NCBI GenBank assembly: GCA_002633005.1
Contig: NMRA01000025.1
Location: 385,450-449,449, forward strand
From: Phoronis australis
Taxonomy: Eukaryota > Animalia > Phoronida
DNA length: 64,000 nt
Reading direction: 5' to 3'
The notes beneath the pieces are model-generated. The model was not told the DNA's origin, did no database searches, and saw nothing but the letters and a program-made list of their open reading frames with translations. Below, piece by piece: positions 21,740 through 33,620 of this stretch. Made by a program: the position numbers and the translations under genes. Positions within the stretch are counted from its first letter, which is position 1, and each line of letters opens with the position of its first letter.

Positions 21740-23390
21740 CCTACTGACGGTAACAAGGTGTGATAAAGTGGACTGTTGGAATGAGCAACTCCCTATGGAG
21801 ACGAGATCTCAACTAAGGGAGTTGATGGCCCTCAGACAAGAAATAGGTCTGCAGCGAGACGACCTCAGACAGTTTGTGGAGAAACAACAAGCTGAGGCGC
21901 GTGCTGAGGCTGAGGCTGAGGCAGAGGAGAGAAGGCAAGCTCGTGACGCTGAGGAGAGAAAGCAAGCTCGTGAGGATGAGGAGAGAAAGCAAGCTTGGGA
22001 GGCTGAAGAAAGAAGGCAAGCCCGCGAAGCCGAACAGCAGATGGAGAGAGAGTGGAACATGAGAGGGCGCTAGCGGCACTCAAGGCTGAACAAGTAGCAG
22101 CTGGGGTAGCCATGCTAGACCAACAGGGGGCGTGAAACCGAAGCTACCCAAGTTTGACGAAAAGCAGGATGATATGGACAACTTCCTGGAAAAGTTTGAA
22201 AGATACACAGAGAGCCAGGGTTGGACCCAAAGTTAATGGGCAATTAGTCTCAGTCCCCTCTTAATAGGTAAGGGTTTGCAGGTTTACACCAGCCTACCGA
22301 TGGCAGATGCACTGGACTATGCTACACTCAAGAGAGCCTTACAGAAGCGGTATGAGCTGACGGAGGAGGGAAGCGAGGGCTGAGAGGGGTGAGACAGCTT
22401 ACCAGTTTGTGGCCCGCATACAGCGCTACCTAGACAGGTGGATAGACATGTCCCACTGTGGCAAAGATTTTACTGAGTTAAGAGACCTGTTAGTGCGTGA
22501 GCAGTACGTGAACACCTGTACTAAGGACTTGGCTTTGTTCCTGCGAGAGCAGACACCCAAGTCTGTTCCAGAGATGGTGAGCTTAGCAGAAAGACATATT
22601 GAGGCCCATGGACTGGATATAACGAGCACTCAGTCGAAGAAGTCCCTAGAACGACACGTCAAGACAGACAACCAGAGAGTCGACCAAAAGAAAACAGACC
22701 TCGCAGAGGAAAGGTGTTTCTTATGTCACAAAACTGGACACCTGGCTAGAGACAGTCGGAAGCGGACACAAGGGATGCAACACCAGAAGTCAGCAGCGGT
22801 CAACCACCGAGATTCCCAGTATAAGGAGGACTCGATGAAGTGTACTAAACCTGGACGCGCCGTCTGAAGGAGGGGTATGTTGGCACGAAGAAGGTCTCAC
22901 TATTGAGAGACACAGGCTGCACGACCGTTGTGGTTCGGTCCAGTCTAGTCGATCAGGAGATATGACCTGCCGGAAGTGGTCATGTGAATTGGCGGACTCT
23001 ACCAAAAAGTGGCTGCCTGTCGCCAGGATCAACATCAAGACACCGTACTACACGGAAGAAGTGTTTGCGATGTGCATGGAGCGTCCAGTGGCCGATTTGA
23101 TTATCGGGAACGTACCTGATGCCTTGAACCCAGGGGATGTTGAGCGACAGCAGAGAGCAACAACTGCCAACGAAGACAATATAGGCAATGGCCTTTTGGA
23201 GGATCCGAAAGATGACTCTCAGAAGGGTACTTCTTCCCATGAGGAAAATCCAGTGTCCTCAACTCTACAGGGAGAAGAGGTGACAGACATGTCGGTAGAA
23301 ACAGATCCTGATGAATCCAGCAGGGAAGCGGTAGCAGTGACTACCAGTGCTCAAGTAGAGTGATAAAAAGCGGACATTAAGCCGTTAGCT

Positions 23391-24635
23391 GTGTCTCCGA
23401 CTATACAAGAGGTGGTACTAAAGCAGTTTAAAGAAGCCCAGCATGAAGATTCATCAATGAAAAAGTTGTGGGTGCAAGCTGAAGCCAAAGTTCAGCGACA
23501 GACCAAAGACAAGGGGTCATACGTGATGGAGATTCAGAGAGGATTACTTTATCAGATATTCAAGAAGAAAGACGGTGACGAGGTGAAACAAGTTGTTGTG
23601 CCGAGCAGTTTACGGAAGTCCGTGATGAGGCTTGCTCATGAGTCTATACTCGGTGGACACCTCGGTGTTAGGAAGACAACTGACCGTATCACCAGCAACT
23701 TCTATTGGCCAGGAGTGGCATCAGAATTGACCAGACTCTGCAAATCATGCGACATCTGCCAGAAGACAATCCCGAGAGGTCGAGTGACCAAGGTACCCCT
23801 GGGATAGATGCCTTTGATGGGGGAGCCTTTCAAAAGAATCGCGATCGATCTGATTGGCCCTATAGTTCCAGCTTCCGACAAAGGAAACAGATACATTCTC
23901 ACGGTGGTAGATTTCGCTACCGGGTATCCAGAAGCAGTGGCCCTACCGAAGATTGAGACAGGGCGTGTGGCTGAAGCATTACTAGAAGTCTTCAGTAGAG
24001 TAGGGTTCCCGCGAGAGATCCTGAGTGATCGTGGAACGCAGTTCACAGCGGAACTAATGAAGGAGGTCTGCAGGCTTGTGAGTGCAAAGCAGCTGTACAC
24101 GACCCCTTACAATCCACGCTGTAACGAGCTCTTTGAGAGAATCACCGGTGTTTTAAAGGCCATGCTGAAGAAAATGTGTCAAGAAAGACCAAAGGATTGG
24201 GACCGGTATCTGCCAGCTGTCCTGTTTGCTTACCAGGAAGTTCCGCAATCAAGCACAGGATTTTCACCCTTTGAGTTGTTATACGGCAGGGCAGTAAAGC
24301 AAATACTGAGCGAACTCTGGGCAGGGGAAGACAGCAATGACGTCCGTAATACTTACCAGTGTGTCTTCGAGCTCAGGAACCGCTTAGAGGAGACCTACGA
24401 GTTGACTAGAAAAAGTTTGTACAATGCACAAGGTATTCTCAAGCATTACTACGACAAGAAGACCAGAGATAGGCAGTTTCAAGTGGGACAAAGAGTGTTA
24501 GTATTACTTCACACAGACCACAATAAGCTTACACTGCAATGGAAGGGGCCATACGAAGTTACAGAAAAAGTCAGCCGTATGGACTACCGCATCAATATGA
24601 ACGGCAAGATTAAGATCTTCCGTGCCAATCTGTAG
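23391..24635 (+). pseudogene. Retrotransposon integrase (zinc-binding, core and GPY/F), disrupted
   Basis: AHESILGGHLG...CKSCDIC; IAIDLIGP; ILSDRGTQF; WKGPY. Stop near 23805. Confidence 0.92.
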
Positions 24636-24820
24636 AAGGCGTATCACGAACGCGAGACTGATAACATCACAGTCAAAGATGAACCGATCGGCGTTGATTG
24701 AAGAGTGTGTGACTGACGACGCGACTCTTCTTGATGAAGGCGGTTTAGAGCTTCTGCCGATGGTTCACAACGATACCTGTAAGGATGTAAAGCTGTTTGA
24801 TACCTTGACGTCCGAGCAGC

Positions 24821-26180
24821 GTGAACAGGCACTACAGCTCTTACGTTGCTACCGTGGTCAGTGGTATCTTCACCAATCAGCCTGGAGAGACCGATTTGGC
24901 CAGCCACGTCATCGAATTGACGACAGAACAACCAGTGAGAGTGAGGCTACGTCAGATGCTGTACACTACTCAGGAACTAGTGAAGAAGGAAGTGCAAGAG
25001 ATGTTAAAGATGAACATAACTGAGCCTTCCACTTCGGCTTACAGTTCTCCTGTAGTTTTGGTGGCTAAAAAGGACGGAACCACAAGATTCTGTGTTGACT
25101 ACCGACGGCTAAATGCAGTGACTAAGTTTGACAACGAGCCTATGGGTAACCCAGAAGCTATTATGGCTAATCTGCATGGTCAACGTTTCTTCTAGAAGTT
25201 CGACTTTATGAAGGGCTACTGGCAAAATCCCATGGATGAAGCTAGTAAAGAGAAAACCGCATTTGTGACTCCAGGAGGCTGTTACCAGTTCCGCAGAATG
25301 CCGTTTGGCTTGGTGAATTCAGCGGCCACGTTCAACAGGATGATGAGAAGAATGCTAGCAGGCTCAGGTAATATCTAGCAGTATGTCGACGATGTGCTAC
25401 TCCACACTGTCACCTGGGAGGAACATTTCCATACCCTGAGAGACCTGTTTCAGAGAGTTAAACAAACCGGCTTGACATTAAGACCGTCAAAGTGCAGCAC
25501 TGGATGTCCAGAGGTGGAGTTCCTTGGACATGAGGTTGGGACGAAAAAGATAGCTATGGAAGACCAGAAGCTCATGAAGATTCAGGATGCACCAACGCCA
25601 TCTACTAAGACGGAAGTACGGTCATTCCTAGGACTTACAGGGTACCACCGAAAGTTTGTGCCTAACTATGCACAGATAGCCACACCGTTGACGGATTTGC
25701 TGAAGAAGGGCCAACCAAAGAAAGTCGTGTGGACCGATATTCATGAACAGGCATTCAAGAAGTTAAAGCAAGCGCTTTGAAGTAGCCCGATCCTACGAGT
25801 ACCAGACTTCACACCGAGATTCATCGTCAGGACGGAAGTATCTAACGATGGTTTAGGGGCAGTTTTACTGCAGGAGTTTGACGATGGAATATTCCCCATT
25901 GCATATGCCAGCCAGAATCTTAAAGAAAGCGAGCGGTATTACTTTACAGAAGAGAAAGAGTGTTTAGCGATAGTGTTTGCTGTGAAACGTTTTCAGTTTT
26001 ATCTCTACGGGACAGAATTCGTGGTGCAAACAGACCACAAACCATTGGTATATATTCAGCGTTGTAAGATTGAAAGCCCCAGGGTTATGCGATGGGCTAT
26101 AGCGCTGCTGAATTATAAATTCCGTGAGGAGGATAACCCTCGAAAATGTAAGGTCGGTCAGACTATTTAAGTCGACTAGC
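24821..26180 (+). pseudogene. Reverse transcriptase and RNase H, disrupted
   Basis: SAYSSPVVLVAKKDGTTRFCVDYRRLN; MPFGL; YVDD; VRSFLGLTGY; TDHKPL. In-frame stops. Confidence 0.93.
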
Positions 26181-26294
26181 AGAGCCTGCAAGTCAGGGAG
26201 CACTTTAGCGGCGGATATAGTAGATTATATATATATGCCACATGATTTTGTGTTAGACAATTATAGAGTAATTTTCTCTTTGGCAGGGGTGTGT

Positions 26295-26876
26295 TGTCAG
26301 AATATAGACTGACATTGTTTTCATTTGTATTACTTTGTTTTGTTATTCTGTTTGATTGGCATGACACCTGAGTTAACTACAGTGATGATGTAATTTGTTT
26401 ACTACAAAATAGTGTGGAACTTTCTAGAAGACTGAGGCCAGAACAGTGATGATGTAATTTGTTTACTACAGTACATGTATATAGTGTGGAACTTTCTAGA
26501 AAACTCTAGCATGACAGTGATTAATGCAGTCTGGAATATTCTAGAGACTAGTATATGTTTGTAGAATGGTTGGGTAGATTCAGGAAAGTTCTAGAATGTG
26601 CTTGAATTGATGAAAAGCTCCAGAACAATGCATTAGGCTATAAATACACAAGCACGGGTTTGTGTTAGTCAGATCAAATCAGTTCAAGAGCAGATCAAGT
26701 CGGGAGATCAAGTCAGTTCAAGAGAGATCAAGTTAGTTCAAGAAAGTTAATCAGGAGAACTACAGTTGAGTTGCAGTGAAGATAATCAGCAGTTACAGCG
26801 ATAGTCAATAGAGAGCCAGCTATAGAGACAGCAGATTATTGAATCGACGAGTGTAACACTTGCTGAACGTGTCTCA
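26295..26876 (+). repeat. 3' LTR, truncated (lacks the last ~210 nt including AATAAA); HSE array and TATA retained
   Basis: Homology to the 5' LTR stops at gtgtctca (26876). HSEs at 26416, 26488 and 26578 (4 perfect units). TATAAATA at 26639. Confidence 0.92.
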
Positions 26877-27200
26877 TGATTATTCAGGCTCCCACCATTT
26901 TTAAAGACCACTATGTTTGATTTATCGACATTCACAGACATGTTACATTTTAAACAAAAATTTCCAATGAATCAAGCCTTCTCTAAAGTTGCACTAGTGT
27001 GTCTCCAACCACGGTGACATCATCTGCAAAAAGTAACAAGAATACAATTGATATATCTTGGTTTACCTGTATATGTTTATCCCTATTTATTGAATCGAAA
27101 GAGTTACTGAAGACAAAAAAGCACAATAAAATGGTTTGGATTTACATTTCAACAAATATTTTTCACCAATCCGTTTTTCACATTGAACATTGTTTAAAGA
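26877..27200 (-). mobile_element. Same LINE remnant, 5' piece with RT catalytic motif
   Basis: IQVNQDISIVFLLLFADDVTVVGDT (FADD at 27019-27030) then FCLKCNMSVNVDKSNIVVFKNGG. Confidence 0.85.
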
Positions 27201-28874
27201 ACACCAAACCCAGTTTTGGCCACCATTTCAATGTTGACAAGTATCGCGATTTCCGTTCCCCGACTGACAAGACCGTAATAATGTAAAAACGTTATATACA
27301 TGTACATGCCTGCACAAAATTCGCGTAGAATGAGTCTTAAGATGGTTTCCAAAATTAAATCTGCGCCGAATGTGTCCATCAATTGATCAGTCGGAACAAA
27401 TACATCACGGCTACCTATCAGCAACGGTTTCCCCTCGTTTGTCCATTTCCGCTCACTTAATTGATCCGCCGTGCAATTAAATTTCATACAGCGCTGAGTA
27501 GGCCTATCACTTTCAAGTCAACGTGCAATCAACTGACAACGAAGGCAACTTCTGCCGAATCGATTTCGAGATTATTCAGTAACAGTTATTTTCTTGAAAA
27601 TTCTCCACCCAGGTAGAAGTGAATGCCTGTACCTCCCGTACACCTTACGAAAAGTTAGTTAAGACAAAAGTGTTTAAAACCTATTTTTCAATGATTTTCA
27701 CGTTGCATGACACATGTTTTTTGAAAAAAATGTCTGTTCTTTTAGATACTAAATGTCTGTTGAAACGCAGAACTTTTACGTCTGCCAACTCAGTGATGTA
27801 TGAGGTACTGCTTCACGTTTCTGAAATTTGTATAATGTGGCTGGTCTACATGAAATTAATTTTAAATTGTGTGAAACTTTAAGAATTTCAAAAACTTGAA
27901 CTTTTTTGAATTTAGTGTCATTTATACAGGAATGCATTATTAGATGATGATATTTGCCCCTCAAAATCCATTTCTACGTCAGAGCGAACGATGACAGGCT
28001 TCGAACAAGTTTTAGATGACATGGAACAACGTAGTCGGATGCATCATTAAGAGCAGATGTTCGCACTAACTCAAAAAAAATCTGAAGTTGTTTAATCCTT
28101 GTTTTTTACAATCTTTGGTGTTGACTTTAAATTGTTTAGAATTGAAGGTATTCAAGACTTTGAGTTTTTAAAGTTTTAAAATGCTTTCAATGAGCAGGTC
28201 AATTTTTAATTGACGAAATAAACTTTGATGAAATACAACGGCTTTTGTGGAAAAAGCAGTTAAATCTACCGCGATTATTAATACGAAATGCAAGGACATG
28301 TACAGTAGCTTTTGGAGATATTTTTACCGGGAACAGAATTCAATTTGAATTTTTACCGGTTTAGTTAGCAAACTTGTGTCCAGGAACTTTATATCTTAGC
28401 GAATTTTTCATGTTGGTTTTTGGTCGTTGTGATGATAGCGGTGATTTTGGTGGTGATAATGGTGATGGGGGTGTTGATGATGGTGGTAGTAGCTGTGGCG
28501 ATGAACATGTTTTGGATCATTAATTTACCATAAGAATAGCAATGACAAATCGATATTTTTTCAAAACTTTCCCATGAGTAAAATCAATACAAAATTTATT
28601 TACCTTCAATAATGTTAGAGGAAGTTGTACCACGGCTGACACCGGGAGCGTTTCCTAAACCATATTAATCGATTTGTTTGCGTACCAAAACTGCACCCAC
28701 ATTTGACTAATTGACGCACATCTTTCTTTACAAAAAAAGAAAATATAATCCTCTGTTTGACTATTCGACATGTTAGATTTCTAGGTAGAAAAAGGGCAAA
28801 GGGTTTTCTATTCAGCTCACGAAAAAAATTGTATTCTGACACGCTGCCGCAGATTGATCATACGTTACGGCAAA

Positions 28875-29190
28875 ATGGTCACTTTGTACTTTGAGAACAT
28901 TGTATCTATCGTTTTGCTTCTAAATAAGTTTCTTTTGAATTCAATTTCTTACTGTGAAGAAGGATATTTTGAATCCTTGGACAGATATAAAGGTAAACGA
29001 TATTCAAGAAATTCTACGCACGCGTACACCGCCGCCATGAAATCTGCTTGTTCTCAGTTATGCCTTTTACAAAAACAAAAATGTTCATTTTTCAACTACA
29101 ACGAAGATTTGAAAACATGCGAACTGTTTTTCGGAGACTGGGACAACGGGCTTGTTTTGCCTTCAGATTCTTGGTCTATAACACACAGAG
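28875..29190 (+). CDS. Secreted PAN/Apple + 3x LamG-like protein, exon 1 (signal peptide and PAN domain)
   Basis: aaaATGG start, hydrophobic N-terminus, C-x3-C...C-x2-FNY...C-x-L pattern (CSQLC...CSFFNYNEDLKTCELF). gtgagt donor, phase 1. Confidence 0.8.
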
Positions 29191-31020
29191 GTGAGTACAA
29201 CCAATTGTCCTATATTTTACACGTTTTCGGCTTGCTAGTATACTACGCATTTCAGGTAAAGAGGGACAGCTTGTGTATCGATGACTGGTTTCCATGGCAC
29301 TCCAATGAACCTTGTTTATATGTTGTACTTTAGGACGATGACCATTTGTACAACAAAGAATTTATATCTTATCATGCATGTTAGTTTGAGGTTGAATCAT
29401 AGCGGAAAACCACGCGTTAATCCATATAAGAAGTTTCAGAATTATCTCACCGCCGTGGATTCAGTATTCGATGTCAGTTTCATTTCCTTGACACTGAACA
29501 TGATCCATCCATATCTTTCCACGGTCTCGTCCAAATGCGCTGTATTCCTATAGTCTTTCGGCATTTGCATACCCTAGGACAAAGCAGAGATTTTAGACAT
29601 AACTTCGCAAACGACTATGGAACTACATCACGGGTCATGAAGTTTGGGTAACCTGGGGACGTGTCGTCTAGTAGACAGTAATTCGCATTTTCCCAATACC
29701 TTTCGCATCATTGTGGGATCTTAACAGCGACATGTATGGGCCTAGCTGAAATAATTATACATGTTCATATGTTTTCATCAAAACACCAACAAAGTGAACT
29801 TTTATGAACTGAATGTTGATATTCAGTGCACGCTTTTAAACTACGATTTTTTCATAACGGCACGTATCTCTGCAAAACTTTGTAACGACGTTTAATGTAA
29901 TAAAGGCCAATCTTCGTCACGTGATCAATGTTTTAGACCCTAAAAACTTTTGCATCAACAGCTAAGTTGGAGGTTACAGCAAGTCGACGTGAAATGGACA
30001 TTACGGCAATTTCCCGTTGATCCCAACTTGTTCGATTCTATAGCCCAACAACAAGTTGGGAAGATGACCCCTGCAGCCAATATCTTACACGACCGATTAA
30101 CTTCATTCTGGCATTATGGATGGAGGGCCAGCTCTCTTGTTCTATAATTGCGCTAATCTCCGGTGAGATCGTATCTAGCCTGACTGTGCTGTACTGTTAA
30201 AAAATTAAGTTATGACATATTTGAACATATATCAATAGCATTTCTGAATTTCTCGTCAAATACTAATCATGTTTAGTTTTTAAATCACCAAAATCGCCCA
30301 AGTACAACCGAAGTTAAGACAATCTATTCTTTCCGGACATACCAATTCGCCGCTCTAGGTTTGATACGCGGTCTGCAATAAGCCTGGTAGATAACTGACC
30401 TGCCTGTTGTCGTACCAGACAATAGAATGTTCTTGGCAGTTACCAAAGGAGTTAGCTGTTATAATAGGCTCACAACTCTCAACGTTTGGTAAAGTCACTG
30501 AACGGGAGAACGCCGTTATGAAATGTATTACATCTATGTTTAGAGCTAGACAACAAATGACTTGATGATTGTTTCAAGCCACACTGAGTTCTCGTGAGTT
30601 GTGTCCTGAAACATTCAGAGAGGTAATCATGTTTGCACCTCTAATGCCGCAGCGTCTTTTTTTACATTTGTACCAAACCATTGAGGAAACAAGTGAGCAG
30701 TACATTTGATTATCTATTTATTGTTACACAGTGTTTAATTTTCATTAAGCGGGTTAAAAACCATCTAAATAACAAGTACTGACAAATTAAGCTCGCAGTA
30801 CAGACAACACAACGAGTAAAACAGCACAAAATCTGCAAAGTCGTGTGTAAAGTTTAACGCTTCTTCCTCTTTTTAATATCAGTACATGTACATCATAAAC
30901 AACAACGTCCATAATATACGGGACGATATTATAAAATACAGGAAACCCATATTTATTGGGTATAGAATCATTTAAGTATGTAATTTTTAACCCAATGTAC
31001 TGTATCGCAAACATATTTAA

Positions 31021-32333
31021 AGGCGAAGACAGCCTTTTTTCATGTCATTTTTAGCAAAAATAGGGTTCGTTGATTATCCCAGACATATTTTTCACTTATT
31101 TACAGCTTTTCGTAATTTAATTAATTACTCGTCGTCTACTCCGGAAGTGACGTTTTGGGGGAGGCAAGAATTTCGCCCCAATTTCTTTTCATAGAGTCTG
31201 ACTGTGAGAGCAGTCGAGTCAGTCATTGTTCTACCTCGGTTGTAATAAGTTCGGTCGTCGTTTGCTTTCGTTGACGAGTCAGTCAACATGCCACGCTGTT
31301 GATGCCTACCGAGATGTACTCATTATCGTCTCACGTACAGAGGAAAAACTGTCCCACTTGCCTGAGTGTCCCGCGACACACCGGCTCCCGATGGTGACTT
31401 GAGTACCCAAACTGCTTACATCCAGCCGTGCGACTCCCTCGTTACACACGTGGCACCTTCTAAATAGCTCCAATACAAGTCCACAATAAACTTATCAAAC
31501 TTAGGTTCACCGATCTGTTCACTGGATGACGAACTGTCCTTTTCACTGGATGTCAAACTGGGCCTGTATTCACTCCTACTCAACATCGTTGCAGGGCTGC
31601 TTACAGGCTCTGGGCTAAAGACAACAGCACACGGGGAATCACTGCTAGTTCCTGGAATTGCACGCTATGGGGTACGTTCGGAGGCATGGGTGACAGTAGA
31701 TGAAGTGCCTCCAGTCACTGTTTATAGTGGCTACAGCTCGCGAGGCTTCTCGCTTCAAAAACGCACTTCTCGGGGGTGGCGATTAGGCACTTGGCTGCCG
31801 GGAATCAACAGCGACGATATGGAACCCTTCTTAATTCAGGCGTTGTTTCGCAGGGACCTTCATCAAGTCAGCGTACATATCTCTGTCGTAATCTGACGGA
31901 TGAAAATGCTTCCCACTGCTTTGTACGTTGCGTGAATGGGTAGCGCTACGTTCTTCACTCGAACGAGCTAGCCAATTACGGCGAATTGTGTCATCCTTCG
32001 GAAAGCGATGCAAGGTACCCAAAAAGCGCGTGTGAGACGATAACGATAACGCAGCAACAGCGTGGCATGTTGACTGACTCGTAAACAAAAGCAAACGACG
32101 ACAGAACTTATCACATCCGAGGTAGAACAATGACTGACTTGACAGCTCTCACAGTCTGACTATATGAAAAGAAATTGGCGCGAAATTCTTGCCTCCCAAA
32201 ATGACACTTCCTGAGTAGAGGGCGAGAAATTAATCAAATTGCGAAAAGCTGTAATTAAGTGAAACATATGTCTGGGACAACCAACAGACCTTATTTTTGT
32301 TAAAAGTGACATAAAAAAAGGTTGCCTTCGCCT
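31021..32333. mobile_element. Kolobok-type non-autonomous element with THAP fragment
   Basis: TTAA TSD at both ends, AGG...CCT termini, ~280-bp TIRs. Minus-strand MPRCC...LHRFPKD...W...KHF THAP remnant. Confidence 0.8.
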
Positions 32334-32683
32334 TTAAGTCTTGTGAGCACGCCATCTGTGGTGGGCTGACTTGCGAAGTATTCAGTCTTGCATGAAGAAA
32401 GAGCAACGGGAAGGACAAGAATACAATCATTCGCGCACTAATTCGCTGCCATTGAATAACTAAGTTTATGTCTACACGTACATTAACATAGGCCGTCTAT
32501 TAACAGTATTTTTATCCCTTGAGTAAAATTGCATTACAATAACGTGATCCAGAACGCATACATGTAGTTTTCTTCTTTAAACATTACGCCGCTTAACTGG
32601 AATATTTGATATCACTAAGCACGACAGTGGAGAAACTAGGAAGTATAAGATTATTAAATCAGGTAAAAATACGGTTAGTTCAT

Positions 32684-32752
32684 CATGGGCGGCGCACCAT
32701 AGGGGGCTGGGGGGCTACAGCCCCCACTTTTTACAATGCTGCGCAGCCCATG
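32684..32752. mobile_element. Very short MITE (catgggc...gcccatg); related dimer at 60373-60519
   Basis: Terminal inverted repeats, internal gggggct...agccccc palindrome, similarity to 60373-60519. Confidence 0.55.
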
Positions 32753-33556
32753 TTCATAATATTGAAATAGATGTCTGCGAATTAAAACTCCTTTGATCTA
32801 AGGCGTAGTACCAAAGTATACATGTAGCATTCACTGTAACAAACAATAGGCCTATTGGCCATGTGTCTTGTCTTGTTTTGATAGTTTCAATCAATGCTCG
32901 TTCTGACCTGCCAATGCATCATTGGCATCAATCTTCGAAGTTAAAGGCAGGAAGCAACTAAAAATTGATACTGCCTGCTTATGTCAAAGATTGGTTATTA
33001 TGATACTTGGTGAGTGGTCTTTTCCCACAGTTGCCGTCTAATTCGCTAAAAGCGTTAGTCATGCTTGCCTGGCCATTTAGCAGATTTTGAAAGGAGTTTT
33101 CAAATTTTCCTTCAAACATTAGAGAGTTGTCGAGGGTAACACAGCATTATTTTGTTTCAGAGAACTGGGTGGGAAAGTCATTTCAGTAACTGTTAACTAA
33201 TAGGACAACACTAGGTTTTGGTATCCTTTAATGTCGTGGGTTCGATTGCCTCAGAGCCACCTTGCTATTAAGGTCTGTAGCTCTTCAGCTCCGTCTCAAC
33301 TAAAGCACAAACATGGTTCCAAGTGACCAGTGCAATGGACCCACATGTGAGCGACCTACGCCAAACACGCGGCTACATCGTGCACCAAACCGCCTGCAAA
33401 TATTTGTGTATGTACATGTACTATGATTCTCAAAAAATGACCTTGTTTCAAAGTTCTTTATCAGCTTTTGCATTGTCTTACATTGTCTGGTCTCGACGCA
33501 TGTATTTTTATCATTAAGCCACTCTCCCTGATGTCAATTCGATTTTACCTTTTCAG

Positions 33557-33620
33557 CTGTTGACGACTTAAAACTGGCTATGAATGGACTACAGAAACGG
33601 CACTACAAGTACACCGCCGG
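33557..33620 (+). CDS. PAN-LamG gene, exon 2 (AVDDLKLAMNGLQKRHYKYTAG), 64 nt
   Basis: ttaccttttcag acceptor, gtattg donor. Phase 1-2 bridges exon 1 and exon 3. MNG-x7-Y-x2 spacing matches the LDG-x7-Y-x2 ends of exons 3 and 4. Confidence 0.65.

Larger units (their letters stand above)
20935..26876 (+). mobile_element. Gmr1-like Ty3/Gypsy LTR retrotransposon, inactive (stops and frameshifts)
   Basis: Two LTRs, PBS, gag (KLPKFDE...FERY, SCAN-like segment, CFLCHKTGH knuckle), protease LRDTGC near 22900, integrase 23391-24635 (HHCC, DDE core, GPY), then RT (YVDD near 25383) and RNase H (TDHKPL). Confidence 0.95.

Noticed and set aside
21809-22113. Minus-strand repetitive ORFs
   Set aside because: Antisense shadows of the gag 27-bp repeat.
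20930-26885. Target-site duplication of the LTR element
   Set aside because: The right end is deleted, so no TSD can be read.
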